Source of the DNA: Rhodopila sp.
GTDB lineage: Bacteria > Pseudomonadota > Alphaproteobacteria > Acetobacterales > Acetobacteraceae
Assembly (NCBI GenBank): GCA_965277505.1
Contig: CBDIDA010000002.1
Coordinates: forward strand, 91,629 to 155,628
Direction: 5' to 3'
DNA length: 64,000 nt
Part shown: one piece after another, positions 26,428 to 38,065 of the stretch
Layout of the letters: each line of letters begins with the position of its first letter
Position numbering within the stretch: the first letter of the stretch is position 1
Notes under the pieces: model-generated
Database searches by the model: none
Told to the model about the DNA's origin: nothing
Seen by the model: the letters and a program-made list of their open reading frames with translations, nothing else
Position numbers and translations under genes: made by a program

Positions 26428-27327
26428 TTACAGCACGTCAGCGACAGCCTCGCGATAGCGCTTCATCGCCGCGAGGTGGTCACCGACCGAGCGGCCAGGA
26501 ATGCGGCGGTGGTGCCGGCGGTTGAATGCGGTGGTCAGGCAGATGTGGCTGGCGCCAGCCCGCTTCCAGAATGCCACCTCGTTTCGCCAGTCGGCTTCGC
26601 TGCCCGCGCCGCAGGAAGTCCAGACCTCGATTCCGACCGCGGCGGGATCACGGCCGGCTTGTTCGGTCAGCCGGCGAAGCTGGGCGAAAATGTCGAGGGC
26701 GGATTGGTCAGGCGGATAGGCATTCGGCATCCAGCCATCGCCCCATTTGGCGATACGCGGCAGGGTGTGCTCGTGGTGGCCGCCATACCACAATGGAACG
26801 CGCCCGGTTGCCGGGCGGGGGTTGATGCCGGCGTCCTCAATGGTATGGTACCTGCCCGTGAAGGTGACGTGCGGCTGCGCCCACAGCGCCTGCATGACCT
26901 GGACCTGTTCCTCAGAGCGCCGGCCCCGGTTGTGGAAGTTTTCGTTCAGGCCGGTGAATTCGACCGGGTTCCAGCCGACGCCGACGCCGAGGCGGAATCG
27001 GCCGCCGCACAGCACCTCTAGGCAGGCCGCCTGCTTGGCGACCAGCGCGGTCTGGCGCTGCGCCAGGATCAGCACGCCGGTGGAAAAGGCCAACCTGGTG
27101 GTCGCGGCTGCAAGGAAGCCTAGCAGGACGAACGGATCATGGAACATCTCGTCAGCGACGATTCGGGTCGGATCGGCGTCCTTTCCGGCAGCCGGATTGC
27201 CGCCAAGGACGTGGTCGGGTGCTTCCAGGAAGTCATAGCCGAGGGCTTCAAGAGTCAGGGCGAAGTCGCGCACCAGCGAAGGCTCGCCGCCAGTGTCTGT
27301 AAAGGGGACGAGGGCGCCAAGTTGCAT
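26428..27327 (-). CDS. LLM-class oxidoreductase (TIGR03619-like), tandem paralog
   Basis: Start MQLGALVPF parallels the paralog's MQLGATIPV, with RBS AAGGA. RLGVGVGWNPVEFTGLNENFHNRGRRSEEQVQVMQALW. Confidence 0.7.
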   Translation of the reverse strand: MQLGALVPFTDTGGEPSLVRDFALTLEALGYDFLEAPDHVLGGNPAAGKDADPTRIVADEMFHDPFVLLGFLAAATTRLAFSTGVLILAQRQTALVAKQAACLEVLCGGRFRLGVGVGWNPVEFTGLNENFHNRGRRSEEQVQVMQALWAQPHVTFTGRYHTIEDAGINPRPATGRVPLWYGGHHEHTLPRIAKWGDGWMPNAYPPDQSALDIFAQLRRLTEQAGRDPAAVGIEVWTSCGAGSEADWRNEVAFWKRAGASHICLTTAFNRRHHRRIPGRSVGDHLAAMKRYREAVADVL

Positions 27328-28068
27328 GCTCTGTGTCCTTCGCAAGGGCATCCGCAGCCGCGCCCGGGGCGGAAACCATGAGCCGCAGGGCGGAGCGAGG
27401 ATTGATCAGGATACAAATCAACAGCGGCTTCCTGCCAAGAACAGGGTTATACGTTGCTGTTTGCACCGACTCGATCAGCGGGTTGATTTACAAGATGCAG
27501 GATAGTCTGTATTCAGGAGCCTGTCATGCTGGACTTGGCGCGACTGCCTAATCACCACAGTAGGCTGACACGAACCTGCCGCTGCTGGGCCCAGGTGGGG
27601 TGACGAGCGGTCTTTGACCAAGCATCCGCCTCAGGCAAACTATTTGGAAAGTTTTGGCAGAAGCCGCCGGCGCGTGTCAGCTATGGCGTGGCCAGCATCA
27701 GGCTACCAGCCAGGCCATGAACCGCATTCCGCCTTCACAGGCGGGTTCCAACTGTCCAAATCACTGATGCGCTTTTGATAAGCGCCACATTTTGGACACC
27801 ACCGCCAGTGTGGGGTTTCGATCCATTCGTGTTGCTTCTCGTTTGCCTTTGCCTCGCTGTTTGCGCACATGGCTGGACGCACCATCCCAATTGATCACCT
27901 ATCGCTACGAAGTTTCTCCTCGACTGGATCACCAAATCTGCTGATGTACGCAGGATTTTTTTGTGACGCTCAATGTGAACATCTGCGGGCCTGGGCAATT
28001 GTGACGTTGTGATTGAAACGATTTGTCAGCTTTAGCGAGCGAGACCAGGCTGTCCAACGGCCTTACCG

Positions 28069-30081
28069 CTAAGCCGCTTTAACGCCGGCAATGAAGTGGT
28101 TGGTTTCACTGCTGAGTTGTTCGGCCCGGCGCGACAGTTCACTGGCGGCACCAAGCACCTGGCTGGCGGCTGCTCCGGTTTCGCTGGCACCTTCGTTCAC
28201 CAGGACGATGTTCGACGTGACCTCCGCGGTTCCGGAGGCTGCCTGCTGGACGTTGCGCGCGATTTCCTGCGTCGCCGCCCCCTGCTGCTCCACCGCGGCG
28301 GCGATGCTGGCGGCAATGGCGCTGACCTCGGCTATGGTCGAGCCGATCGCCTGAATAGAGGCAACCGCTTCACGGGTTGCGGCCTGGATCTGGGTGATCT
28401 GCTGGCCGATGTTCTCAGTTGCCCGAGCGGTCTGATTGGCCAAGGCCTTGACCTCGGAAGCGACGACCGCGAAGCCTTTGCCGGCGTCGCCGGCGCGCGC
28501 TGCCTCAATCGTCGCGTTTAGCGCCAACAGGTTGGTCTGATTGGCGATCGTGCTGATCAAATTGACCACCTCACCGATCTTCTGCGCTCCGTCAGCCAGA
28601 ACCCGGACCACGCCGTCGGTTCGTCTGGTATCTTCCACAGCCTTCCCGGCAATGCTGGTCGACTGCGCCACCTGGCGGGCAATTTCGCTGATTGACGAAG
28701 ACAACTGTTCAGCGGCGCTGGCAACAGTCTGCACATTGGCGCCCGCCTGGTCAGCGGCGGCGGCGACAGTCGCGGCACGCTGCGTGGTCTGGCCGGCGGT
28801 CTCGCTCATGGATCCGGCGGTGACTTGCAATTCGGTGGCGGACGCCGAGACCTTGCCTATTAGCTGGCCCACCTTGGCTTCGAACTCTGCCGCCAGCGCC
28901 TGCATGCTTGCCCGCCTCTCCTCATTCACCCGCTGCTCATGGTCGGCCTGGGCCTGCCGCAACCGCTGTGTTTCCACGCCGTTCGTTTTGAAGACTGCCA
29001 CCGCGCCAGCCATGACCCCCAGCTCATCCTTGCGGTCGACACCGGGGATCGCGGTATCCAAGCGTCCGGCTGAGAGCTCTGACATCGCCCGAGTGATCGC
29101 GCCTACTGGCCGTGTGATGCCGCGGGCGATGAGCCAGGCGAACATAACGGCCAGCAACAGGCCGGCCGGCGCGATGACTGCCTGCGTATTCATGGTTGTT
29201 GCAATGGCCTGGTCGCTTACCTGCTTGGCCACGGTGAAGTCGCGGGTCTGGGACTCCACGGCAGCCAAAAGTTGCTGCGTCTGCGCCGCGATGACCGGGC
29301 GGACTTTTGTCTCAAACAGGCTGTGGCTTTCAAGCATGCCCGTGGAAACGTCGCCAAATACCTTGGCATAAGCCTGCAGCGCGGCCTTCACCTTGGCGAT
29401 CGGCGGGGCGATGCTTGCAGGAGCGATGTCATCGACGTCCGTGATCTGGCTGAATGCAGTAGCCAGGTTGGCCTTGAAGACTGCCAGCGACTGCTGGTCA
29501 GCCACGGCGATGAAGCGCCACGCTGCGGCCGGCACAACCAGTATTTTCGTTTCGACATTGCGGGCCGCCATCAACAGATCGTCGTTATACGCCGCTTGTG
29601 CTGCAGCGATCAGTTGCTCGGTCGCAGCCGTCAACTGCTCCCCACCTTCAGACAGACTGGCCTGGTCGGCTTGTAGCTTTTGTTCCATCTGCACCAGGTC
29701 AGCGAATCGAGATTTGATTGATGTGGTTTCCTGACGAATGGCACCATAGGTCTGGCGGCGGCTGTCTGAGGCTGCCTCAGCAATCGAGTTTGCCAGCAGA
29801 TCGTTGAGGGCAGCGTACGTCTCATTGAATTGACCAAGTGCGGCCTCATCCGAGGTCGCCATGTAAGAAACCGCCGATGTCTGCAGCCCTGCCAGAAGGC
29901 GCGCGGCAGTCAACGTGCTCTGGCTGTGCGCCGCGAGAGTTCCCATTAAGCCGACCTGCACGCTGGTTTGGCGGAACTGGGTAATGTCGACGCCAACGAG
30001 GCCGCCTGCAATGAGGATCAGCATCATGAAGCCGGCCCAGATCCGGGTGCCGATGCGAAAGCGGGCGAACAGGCGGTCCAT
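28069..30081 (-). CDS. methyl-accepting chemotaxis protein
   Basis: 670 aa: TM - large helical periplasmic sensor - TM - HAMP - MA domain, with the conserved hairpin [32 protein letters not shown]. Confidence 0.9.
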   Translation of the reverse strand: MDRLFARFRIGTRIWAGFMMLILIAGGLVGVDITQFRQTSVQVGLMGTLAAHSQSTLTAARLLAGLQTSAVSYMATSDEAALGQFNETYAALNDLLANSIAEAASDSRRQTYGAIRQETTSIKSRFADLVQMEQKLQADQASLSEGGEQLTAATEQLIAAAQAAYNDDLLMAARNVETKILVVPAAAWRFIAVADQQSLAVFKANLATAFSQITDVDDIAPASIAPPIAKVKAALQAYAKVFGDVSTGMLESHSLFETKVRPVIAAQTQQLLAAVESQTRDFTVAKQVSDQAIATTMNTQAVIAPAGLLLAVMFAWLIARGITRPVGAITRAMSELSAGRLDTAIPGVDRKDELGVMAGAVAVFKTNGVETQRLRQAQADHEQRVNEERRASMQALAAEFEAKVGQLIGKVSASATELQVTAGSMSETAGQTTQRAATVAAAADQAGANVQTVASAAEQLSSSISEIARQVAQSTSIAGKAVEDTRRTDGVVRVLADGAQKIGEVVNLISTIANQTNLLALNATIEAARAGDAGKGFAVVASEVKALANQTARATENIGQQITQIQAATREAVASIQAIGSTIAEVSAIAASIAAAVEQQGAATQEIARNVQQAASGTAEVTSNIVLVNEGASETGAAASQVLGAASELSRRAEQLSSETNHFIAGVKAA

Positions 30082-30287
30082 CTCAAGCTCCCAGGTCGCA
30101 GCGGCCGGTCAGATCCACGCGGAAGTGTCTGCCGACAAATATCTACCGAAACCTTAACTCGGCGGATTTTGTTACAATTCCATTTGATATCCCAAATCTG
30201 CCCAGAAGTCCGATGGCGGCGGGAACCCCTTGCCGGTTCGCAGCCGTCATGGACTGATGCATCCACGCTGGATTACAGGAGACCTTG

Positions 30288-31271
30288 ATGCCTTTGACAC
30301 CAACCCGCGACGCCCGGTTGCGGCGTCTGCCGGTCGCGGCACTTGTGTTGTGCGGACACCGCCGCCGGCTGAGCCGGGCATGGCTGCTCGCGGTATACGG
30401 TCTGCTGATGGTCATGGCCAGCAGCGGTTCCGTCTTGGCGGCGGCACCGCTTTTGCCCGCCCTGGAGGATCCGGCCTCCAGCGAACATGATCAGGGCAAG
30501 GTGATCTTCCTGCAGCTAGTGACGCCCGACCTCGCGGCCGCCAAGACGTTCTATGCCGGCCTGTTCGGCTGGGCTTTCCATGACATCCGGTTCGGCGACG
30601 CGCTCTATGCCGAAGCCTACGTCGATGAACAGCCGGTCGCTGGAATAATACAGCGACCGGTCGCTCCTGGTGAGCATGCGCAACCGGCGTGGTTGAATTT
30701 CATCTCCGCCACCAATGTCGATGCAATGACGAAGATGGTCGTTGCGCATGGTGGAAAGGTGCTGGTGGAACCACGGGCTGCACCGGATCTGGGACGTGAG
30801 GCCATTGTGGCGGATCCGCAGGGCGCAGTGTTTGCCCTGCTGGCCTCCAGCAGCGGGGATCCGCCGGAAAACCTGCCGGACCAAGGTGAGTGGATCTGGA
30901 GCACGCTGCTGACGCGCGACCCCGACGCTGACGCGGCGTTCTACCAGACCCTGTTCGGCTACGAGATCTTCGATTTGAGCGGGAATGACGTCGGTGGCCA
31001 CTATTTGCTGTCCTCCGGAGGCTACGCGCGAGCCAGCGTAAACACACTGCCAGGACGCATCGAACAGTCGCATCCGCATTGGCTCAGCTATGTTCGCGTT
31101 GTCGACGCGAGCAAGGCCGCGGCACAGGCCGTCGCATTGGGTGGACGGGTTCTGGTGCAGCCGCGGGTTGATCACCAGGGTGGCAAGATCGCAGTGGTCG
31201 CTGATCCAACAGGTGCACCATTCGGGCTGATGGAATGGGTGGACGACGCGGATGCCAGGGTGACGAAGTGA
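30288..31271 (+). CDS. secreted tandem VOC/glyoxalase-fold protein
   Basis: Signal-like N-terminus. Two VOC repeats: VTPDLAAAKTFYAGLFGWAF... and TRDPDADAAFYQTLFGYEIF... Confidence 0.7.
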   Translation: MPLTPTRDARLRRLPVAALVLCGHRRRLSRAWLLAVYGLLMVMASSGSVLAAAPLLPALEDPASSEHDQGKVIFLQLVTPDLAAAKTFYAGLFGWAFHDIRFGDALYAEAYVDEQPVAGIIQRPVAPGEHAQPAWLNFISATNVDAMTKMVVAHGGKVLVEPRAAPDLGREAIVADPQGAVFALLASSSGDPPENLPDQGEWIWSTLLTRDPDADAAFYQTLFGYEIFDLSGNDVGGHYLLSSGGYARASVNTLPGRIEQSHPHWLSYVRVVDASKAAAQAVALGGRVLVQPRVDHQGGKIAVVADPTGAPFGLMEWVDDADARVTK

Positions 31272-31645
31272 CCGCAACTTTCTCCCCGACCTGGCTTGCT
31301 CGCGGCCTCCTGGGCGTCGGTGTGCTGCTGATCTTCGGCTGTGACGTCCCGGTCAATTATGGTCCAGGGCCGGCGGGCGGCTACTATGAGCCGTATGGTT
31401 ACGACTATGGCGCGTGGGGGCCGGGCTTCACCGTCGCTCCCTATCGCCGCAACTTTGGGTTTGCCGGCGGCTACCGAGGCTTCCACGGTGCCCACGCGTT
31501 CAGGGGCGCTCCGCCGGGTCGTGGCGTGCCTTCGCTGCCGGGCGGACGTCCCGGTGGCGGGCGTGGCGGCGGTGGTCGGGGCGGTGGCGGCGAACGGGGA
31601 GGAAGCGGTGGACATTCCGCGGGTGGCAGCCGCGGGGGCCGTTGA
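31268..31645 (+). CDS. Gly/Arg-rich putative lipoprotein
   Basis: Its GTG overlaps the VOC stop (GTGA). Lipobox LLIFGC. The remainder is GY/GG/RGG low complexity, ending GGRGGGGRGGGGERGGSGGHSAGGSRGGR. Confidence 0.45.
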   Translation: MTATFSPTWLARGLLGVGVLLIFGCDVPVNYGPGPAGGYYEPYGYDYGAWGPGFTVAPYRRNFGFAGGYRGFHGAHAFRGAPPGRGVPSLPGGRPGGGRGGGGRGGGGERGGSGGHSAGGSRGGR

Positions 31646-31765
31646 CGCCGATCTTCCAGCCAGCCTACCTCCTGTCTGGATGACCGTTCGTCCACGCCGG
31701 AGGTTCCGCAGAGCGATGCGGCGGGGTAAGTAAGACTGCCACCCAGCCTGCAGGAGACCAGCCTG

Positions 31766-33157
31766 ATGACGGACGTGCAATCGGTTTACCAACGTGGGCT
31801 GGACGGTCCGCCGCTGGGGCCGAACCGCCGCGGCAACAGGCAAGTGGCGGTGATCGGTGCCGGTGCCAGCGGCCTGTGCGCTGCCAAATACCTGCTGCAG
31901 AGCGGCTTCGACGTCACCGTCTTTGAGATTGGCAGCCAAATCGGCGGCATGTGGTGCTACAAGAACGACAGCGGCCGGTCTTCAGCGTACCGGACGCTGC
32001 ACATCAACACCTCACGCGGCGTCACGCGCTTCAGCGACCTGGATTTTGATCCCGAAACACAGCCGTTCCCGGACCATTCCGACATGCACCGCTACCTGGT
32101 GCGGTATGCCGAGCATTTTGGCGTAACACCGCGCATCCGCTTTAACAGCCGGGTCACCGCGGTCCGCCCAGTCTTCGATCCGGCGCGCAAGCCACCGTTA
32201 TGGGAGGTCGCGCTGGCGGACGGCAGGACGCATCGGTACGAGGCCGTGCTGCTGGCCACCGGTCACCTGACCGCGCCGCTGCATGTGCCGGAGCTGCAGG
32301 GCTTTGGCGCCGGGTACCTGCATGCGCATGACTACCGTGAACCGGAACCGTTCGTCGGCAAGCGAATCTGCGTCGTCGGTGTCGGCAACAGTGCCTGTGA
32401 CATTGCCAGCGATGTCTGCGTAACCTCACGCCGCACCGTTCTGGTGGCGCGCTCCGGCGTGGTGATCTTGCCAAAGCTGCTGTTTGGCCGCGCCTTTACC
32501 GACATCACCGCAAAAATCCAGCGGCCCTGGATTCCGCGCAAGCTGCGCCAAAGGCTGATCCGCTTCCTGGTTTGGCTGGCGCATGGCGACATGACGGCGC
32601 TGGGCTTCAAGCCGGCTACTGCACTGAGCCATGTCACCTCCAACGGCACGGTCATCACCGACATCGCCTACCGCCGCATCTTCGTCAAACAGGGGATCAC
32701 TTTGGTCGATGGCCACACGATCCGCTTCGTTGATGGAACCGAGGAAACGTTCGACACCCTAATCGCGGCGACCGGGTATCGGATCGACCTCAACATTCTG
32801 CCGCCCGAGGTCGTGCGGGTCGAGGACAACAGGCTTGAGCTGTACATGCGGATCGTGCCGCCGGGCTGGCCCGGACTCTTCCTGATGGGGTTCTTCAATA
32901 CCGATACTGCGCTGAACATGGTGTTCGAGCATCAGGCGCGCTGGGTGCGAGAGTTTCTCCTGGGCAATGCTCACCTGCCGCCGGAGGCGGAGATGCGACA
33001 GGCGATCACGCAGCGCGCGGCATGGTATCGCAGCCGGTATCGACAGACCGCACGGCACACGATCGAGGAGGAGCACGTTCGCTACCTTACGGATTTGCGT
33101 ACCGCACTAAGGGCTGCGGCGGCGCGGGTAAAGAAGCAGCCGGCGCAGGCGGCGTAG
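31766..33157 (+). CDS. flavin-containing monooxygenase (FMO, class B)
   Basis: FAD fingerprint VAVIGAGASGL. FMO motif region YLHAHDYREPEPF. NADPH fingerprint VVGVGNSACDIA. ATGY near the C-terminal third. Confidence 0.85.
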   Translation: MTDVQSVYQRGLDGPPLGPNRRGNRQVAVIGAGASGLCAAKYLLQSGFDVTVFEIGSQIGGMWCYKNDSGRSSAYRTLHINTSRGVTRFSDLDFDPETQPFPDHSDMHRYLVRYAEHFGVTPRIRFNSRVTAVRPVFDPARKPPLWEVALADGRTHRYEAVLLATGHLTAPLHVPELQGFGAGYLHAHDYREPEPFVGKRICVVGVGNSACDIASDVCVTSRRTVLVARSGVVILPKLLFGRAFTDITAKIQRPWIPRKLRQRLIRFLVWLAHGDMTALGFKPATALSHVTSNGTVITDIAYRRIFVKQGITLVDGHTIRFVDGTEETFDTLIAATGYRIDLNILPPEVVRVEDNRLELYMRIVPPGWPGLFLMGFFNTDTALNMVFEHQARWVREFLLGNAHLPPEAEMRQAITQRAAWYRSRYRQTARHTIEEEHVRYLTDLRTALRAAAARVKKQPAQAA

Positions 33158-33183
33158 GGTCTGCTCGGCCAGGGAATCGGCGG

Positions 33184-34248
33184 CTAAAGCCGAGCCATGA
33201 CCAGACGAGAGAATGCCTCAGCCAGCCGCCACTTTGTCTCGTTGCCGACGGCGAAGATCATTTCCTGCAGCCCGTCATGCTCAAGCTGGCGGATCTGTTC
33301 GATCAGTTCGTCAGGTGTGCCGACCAGGCAGGTGTCACGGATCAGTTGCTCATCGATCAGCTCCGCCTCGCCCGGATGCAGGTCCGTATAATGGAATTCG
33401 TGCGTGCGGAAGTGCCGGTGCTCGGGCGGCGTAGCCTCGACCAGCGCGCAATACGGCTGCCAGATCCGCTGCAGGAAGTCGGGCGGGGGCAACCCGCGTT
33501 CGTAGACCATGTCGTAGAAATAGTAGACGCTTGCCATGACGTTGGCGCCAACCGCACGCTTGATCCGCTCTGAATCCACCGCTTCGCCCGGCTGCAGCAG
33601 CACAACATTGGTCAACGTCGCGTTGGCAAATCCAGCTATGTTGCGTCCGCTGCGCGCGGCGCCCTGGCGCGCGTGTCCAAGTGCTTCCTGCACCGATACG
33701 CCGCGCGGCGGGATCGCGAACACCAGGGCATCGCCATAGGCTCCGGCCAAAGCCATCGCCCGTGGTCCAAAGCCGGATACATATATTGGTATTCGCGGCA
33801 GCAGGTTCATGAACCGGGTCTCGTGCCGCAGCATCTTCACAGGGCGAGAGCGTCCTCCAAAGGTATAGTCTACGACCTCTCCGTGCAGCAGGCCGCGTAC
33901 GACCCGCAGATAATCCTCGAATGCAGCGATCTTCATCGGCTTCTGGTCCATGGTGCGCATGGCGGTGTTGCCGGTGCCGATGCCCATGAACACGCGCCCC
34001 GGCGCCATCCGGTTCAATGTCGCCATGGCCGCAACGTGCACTGGTGGAATGCGTGTGCCGGCTATGGCCGTGCCGGGGCCGATCCGCAGCCGCTTGGTTT
34101 GCTGGGCTGCCAGTGCGCAGACGGCGTAGACATCGGAGTACATCATCTGGCTGTCGGCGACCCAGGCTGAGTCGTAGCCAAGGTTCTCGATGAAGCTGAA
34201 AAAGCCGATTTCGTCGATGTCCGACATGATGCAGAAGCCGAATTTCAC
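33184..34248 (-). CDS. LLM-class flavin/F420-type oxidoreductase
   Basis: 354 aa. MKFGFCIMSD...LGYDSAWVADSQMMYSDVY...luciferase-like barrel. Confidence 0.7.
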   Translation of the reverse strand: MKFGFCIMSDIDEIGFFSFIENLGYDSAWVADSQMMYSDVYAVCALAAQQTKRLRIGPGTAIAGTRIPPVHVAAMATLNRMAPGRVFMGIGTGNTAMRTMDQKPMKIAAFEDYLRVVRGLLHGEVVDYTFGGRSRPVKMLRHETRFMNLLPRIPIYVSGFGPRAMALAGAYGDALVFAIPPRGVSVQEALGHARQGAARSGRNIAGFANATLTNVVLLQPGEAVDSERIKRAVGANVMASVYYFYDMVYERGLPPPDFLQRIWQPYCALVEATPPEHRHFRTHEFHYTDLHPGEAELIDEQLIRDTCLVGTPDELIEQIRQLEHDGLQEMIFAVGNETKWRLAEAFSRLVMARL

Positions 34249-34435
34249 TGCCGTCGCCTTCTTGCAATCCGCTGACCCGCCCAGCCTGCCGGACTTGGGG
34301 CACGACGGTCAACGCGCTGGCGGTCCTGACCCACCTTCCATAACAAGCGGTATCACCTATCTGCGAAGGGTGTTAGAAGCCGCTCACCAAATCTCGTCAG
34401 GTGAGGCGCTTGCTGACAAAAACGCCGAAGCCTAA

Positions 34436-36052
<1,617 letters not shown>

Positions 36053-36081
36053 ATCAACCGGCTGAATAAAATTGCTCCGGC

Positions 36082-36120
36082 GCGGGTCGGCATGGCAGGA
36101 AACGCGCCATGCCGACCCGC
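36082..36120 (+). promoter_or_regulatory. perfect 15-bp stem hairpin whose 3' arm contains the start codon of the next gene
   Basis: GCGGGTCGGCATGGC (36082-36096), a 9-nt loop, then GCCATGCCGACCCGC (36106-36120). The ATG at 36109 lies inside the 3' arm. No U-tract follows. Confidence 0.5.
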
Positions 36121-37074
36121 CGTGAGATTCTTGTCAATGCTGTAACAGCCGGCTTCTCAGCCTCGGCTTTCGCCAGCCAGCAAGAAGCGTTCGACAGCTT
36201 CCTGATTGGCGTTAGAGTCCAGGCTCGGCGGTCCGGCATCTCAGCAGCAACGTTGCAACGCGCGTTGACCGGCCTGTCGCCCAACCAGCGCGTATTGGAC
36301 CGTGATCGTCATCAGCCGGAGTTCAGCATAACCTGGGCGCGCTATCGCGGACTGGTCGTCACCGACAAGCGGATCGTCGAGGGCAAACAAGCAGTTGCTG
36401 CCAATCTCACGCTGTTCCAACAGGTAGAGCGGCGTTATGGCGTCAGTGCTGGCGTCATCGCCGGTATCTGGGGCCTGGAATCCAGCTTTGGCAAAGGCAT
36501 GGGCGACTTCCATGTGATTGAGGCGCTTTCGACGCTGGCCTGGGACGGCCGACGAGCCAGCTTCTTCCGCGGGGAATTGCTGGCCGCCTTGCGGATTCTC
36601 GATCAGGGCGACGTAGCACCGGCGGCGATGACCGGATCCTATGCTGGCGCCATGGGGCAGCCGCAGTTCATGCCCTCCAGCTATCTGCGCTACGCGGTCG
36701 ATTTCGAGGGCCATGGCCGTCGCGACATATGGACGAATAAGGCGGACGTGCTGGGGTCAATCGGCAACTACCTGTCGGCGTCTGGCTGGCGTGGCGATGA
36801 CCCATGGGGTCAAGCGGTTACCACACCTGCAGACGTGCCGATGCCGGGACGTGAGATCAGGCGCACGGTATCAGAATGGACGCGGATCGGGGTGCGCCCT
36901 GTCGGGGACCGATGGGTGGCATCGGACGATACCCAAGCGGCCTTGCTGGCACCGGACGGTTCAGGCGGCGAGACATTCCTGGTATTTGCCAATTTCGCCG
37001 CCATCCGCCGCTACAACCCTTCCGACTACTACGCAATCGCTGTCGGGCTGATCGGCGACCAGGTGCTGACATGA
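36109..37074 (+). CDS. lytic murein transglycosylase (MltB-like) with Tat-type signal
   Basis: MPTRREILVNAVTAGFSASAFA. GIWGLESSFG and GAMGQPQFMPSSY motifs. Confidence 0.85.
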   Translation: MPTRREILVNAVTAGFSASAFASQQEAFDSFLIGVRVQARRSGISAATLQRALTGLSPNQRVLDRDRHQPEFSITWARYRGLVVTDKRIVEGKQAVAANLTLFQQVERRYGVSAGVIAGIWGLESSFGKGMGDFHVIEALSTLAWDGRRASFFRGELLAALRILDQGDVAPAAMTGSYAGAMGQPQFMPSSYLRYAVDFEGHGRRDIWTNKADVLGSIGNYLSASGWRGDDPWGQAVTTPADVPMPGREIRRTVSEWTRIGVRPVGDRWVASDDTQAALLAPDGSGGETFLVFANFAAIRRYNPSDYYAIAVGLIGDQVLT

Positions 37075-38051
37075 GGGTCAGGGTGCGGTCGCAAGCCCCA
37101 CTGCTGCTAAGGGTCAAGACGTTACGCGGTATCGCCTTGCTGCCCCGATCGACATTTATCCTTCTTGTTGTGCTGCCGGCGTTCGGATGTAATCCGCCGG
37201 CAGCGGTCAAGCCCAATCCGCATTACGCGCTGGGCGATCCGTACAAAGTAGGTCCGATCTGGTACTACCCGCGAGAAACACTGGATTTCGATGAGACAGG
37301 TCTTGCCGCGGTCACCACGGGCCATGCCTCGCCGCTGACCGCCAATGGCGAGATGTTCGACCAGACCGCCCTGGCAGGCGGGCATCCAACGCTGCAGCTT
37401 CCGGCCATCGCCCGCCTGACAAACCTGGAAAACGGCCGCGAGGTGACGGTGCGGCTGAACGACCGGGGCTCCGGCAATCCGCGACGGCTGCTTGAAGTCA
37501 CCAGCCGTGCGGCTGCTCTCCTGCAGTTCCCGCCCGGCGGCGTTGCGCGTGTGCGGCTGCGGCTACTGCCTGTCGAGAGCCAGGCCGCCGCTGGTGCCTT
37601 GCCAGGATCGCCGACATTGGCTTTGACCGCGGCCCCGCGCGGCGGCATTCAGGTGGCGGAGCTGCCGCCGCTTCCGGGGCTGCGGATGGACAGCGGCGGG
37701 GTGCCGGGCGCAGCGGCGTCAATGATCGTCCGTCAGCCGCCGCCGTCTGCTTCGCCGCCGTTGCCGCCATCTTCCGCGCCCTTGGCGAGGCTGCCCGAGA
37801 CGGTAACGCAGACACAACCGTCACCCACGCGGCTGATGGTGCGCCTGGATACCTTCGACAGCTATCAGTACGCCGCGATGCAGCAAGCCAAGATGGCTGC
37901 CCTCGGCGCTTTCATTATACCGTTGCCGCAGGGACGCAGCCGTCAGTTCCGTGTTGAGATCGGCCCGCTGCCCGATGTTGCTCAAGCGGATGCTGTACTG
38001 GATCAGGCCCTTGCCTCTGGCATACCGGATGCCCGCATCATGGTCGAATAG
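37071..38051 (+). CDS. rlpA: septal-ring lytic transglycosylase RlpA-family lipoprotein with C-terminal SPOR domain
   Basis: Its ATG overlaps the upstream stop (ATGA). Lipobox LPAFGC. DPBB region LTNLENGREVTVRLNDRG. Pro-rich linker. SPOR-like C-terminus. Confidence 0.8.
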   Translation: MRVRVRSQAPLLLRVKTLRGIALLPRSTFILLVVLPAFGCNPPAAVKPNPHYALGDPYKVGPIWYYPRETLDFDETGLAAVTTGHASPLTANGEMFDQTALAGGHPTLQLPAIARLTNLENGREVTVRLNDRGSGNPRRLLEVTSRAAALLQFPPGGVARVRLRLLPVESQAAAGALPGSPTLALTAAPRGGIQVAELPPLPGLRMDSGGVPGAAASMIVRQPPPSASPPLPPSSAPLARLPETVTQTQPSPTRLMVRLDTFDSYQYAAMQQAKMAALGAFIIPLPQGRSRQFRVEIGPLPDVAQADAVLDQALASGIPDARIMVE

Positions 38052-38065
38052 GAGTTGATGTTGCG

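Noticed and set aside
27821-27840. GGGGTTTCGATCC, reminiscent of a tRNA T-arm
   Set aside because: The flanking bases cannot form a T-stem or acceptor stem, and no cloverleaf can be drawn. It is not a tRNA or a tRNA fragment that I can support.
27703-27885. 60-aa Cys/Trp-containing ORF (WCPKCGAY) in the lower-GC spacer between an LLM gene and the MCP gene
   Set aside because: It has only one CxxC pair, no RBS that I could see and no recognisable family. It is kept as unresolved rather than annotated.
30082-30287. Search for a sigma28 (FliA) promoter upstream of the MCP gene
   Set aside because: The best candidate (TAAGG-N15-GTCGGCAG) matches only about half of the -10 consensus GCCGATAA. 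The support is insufficient.
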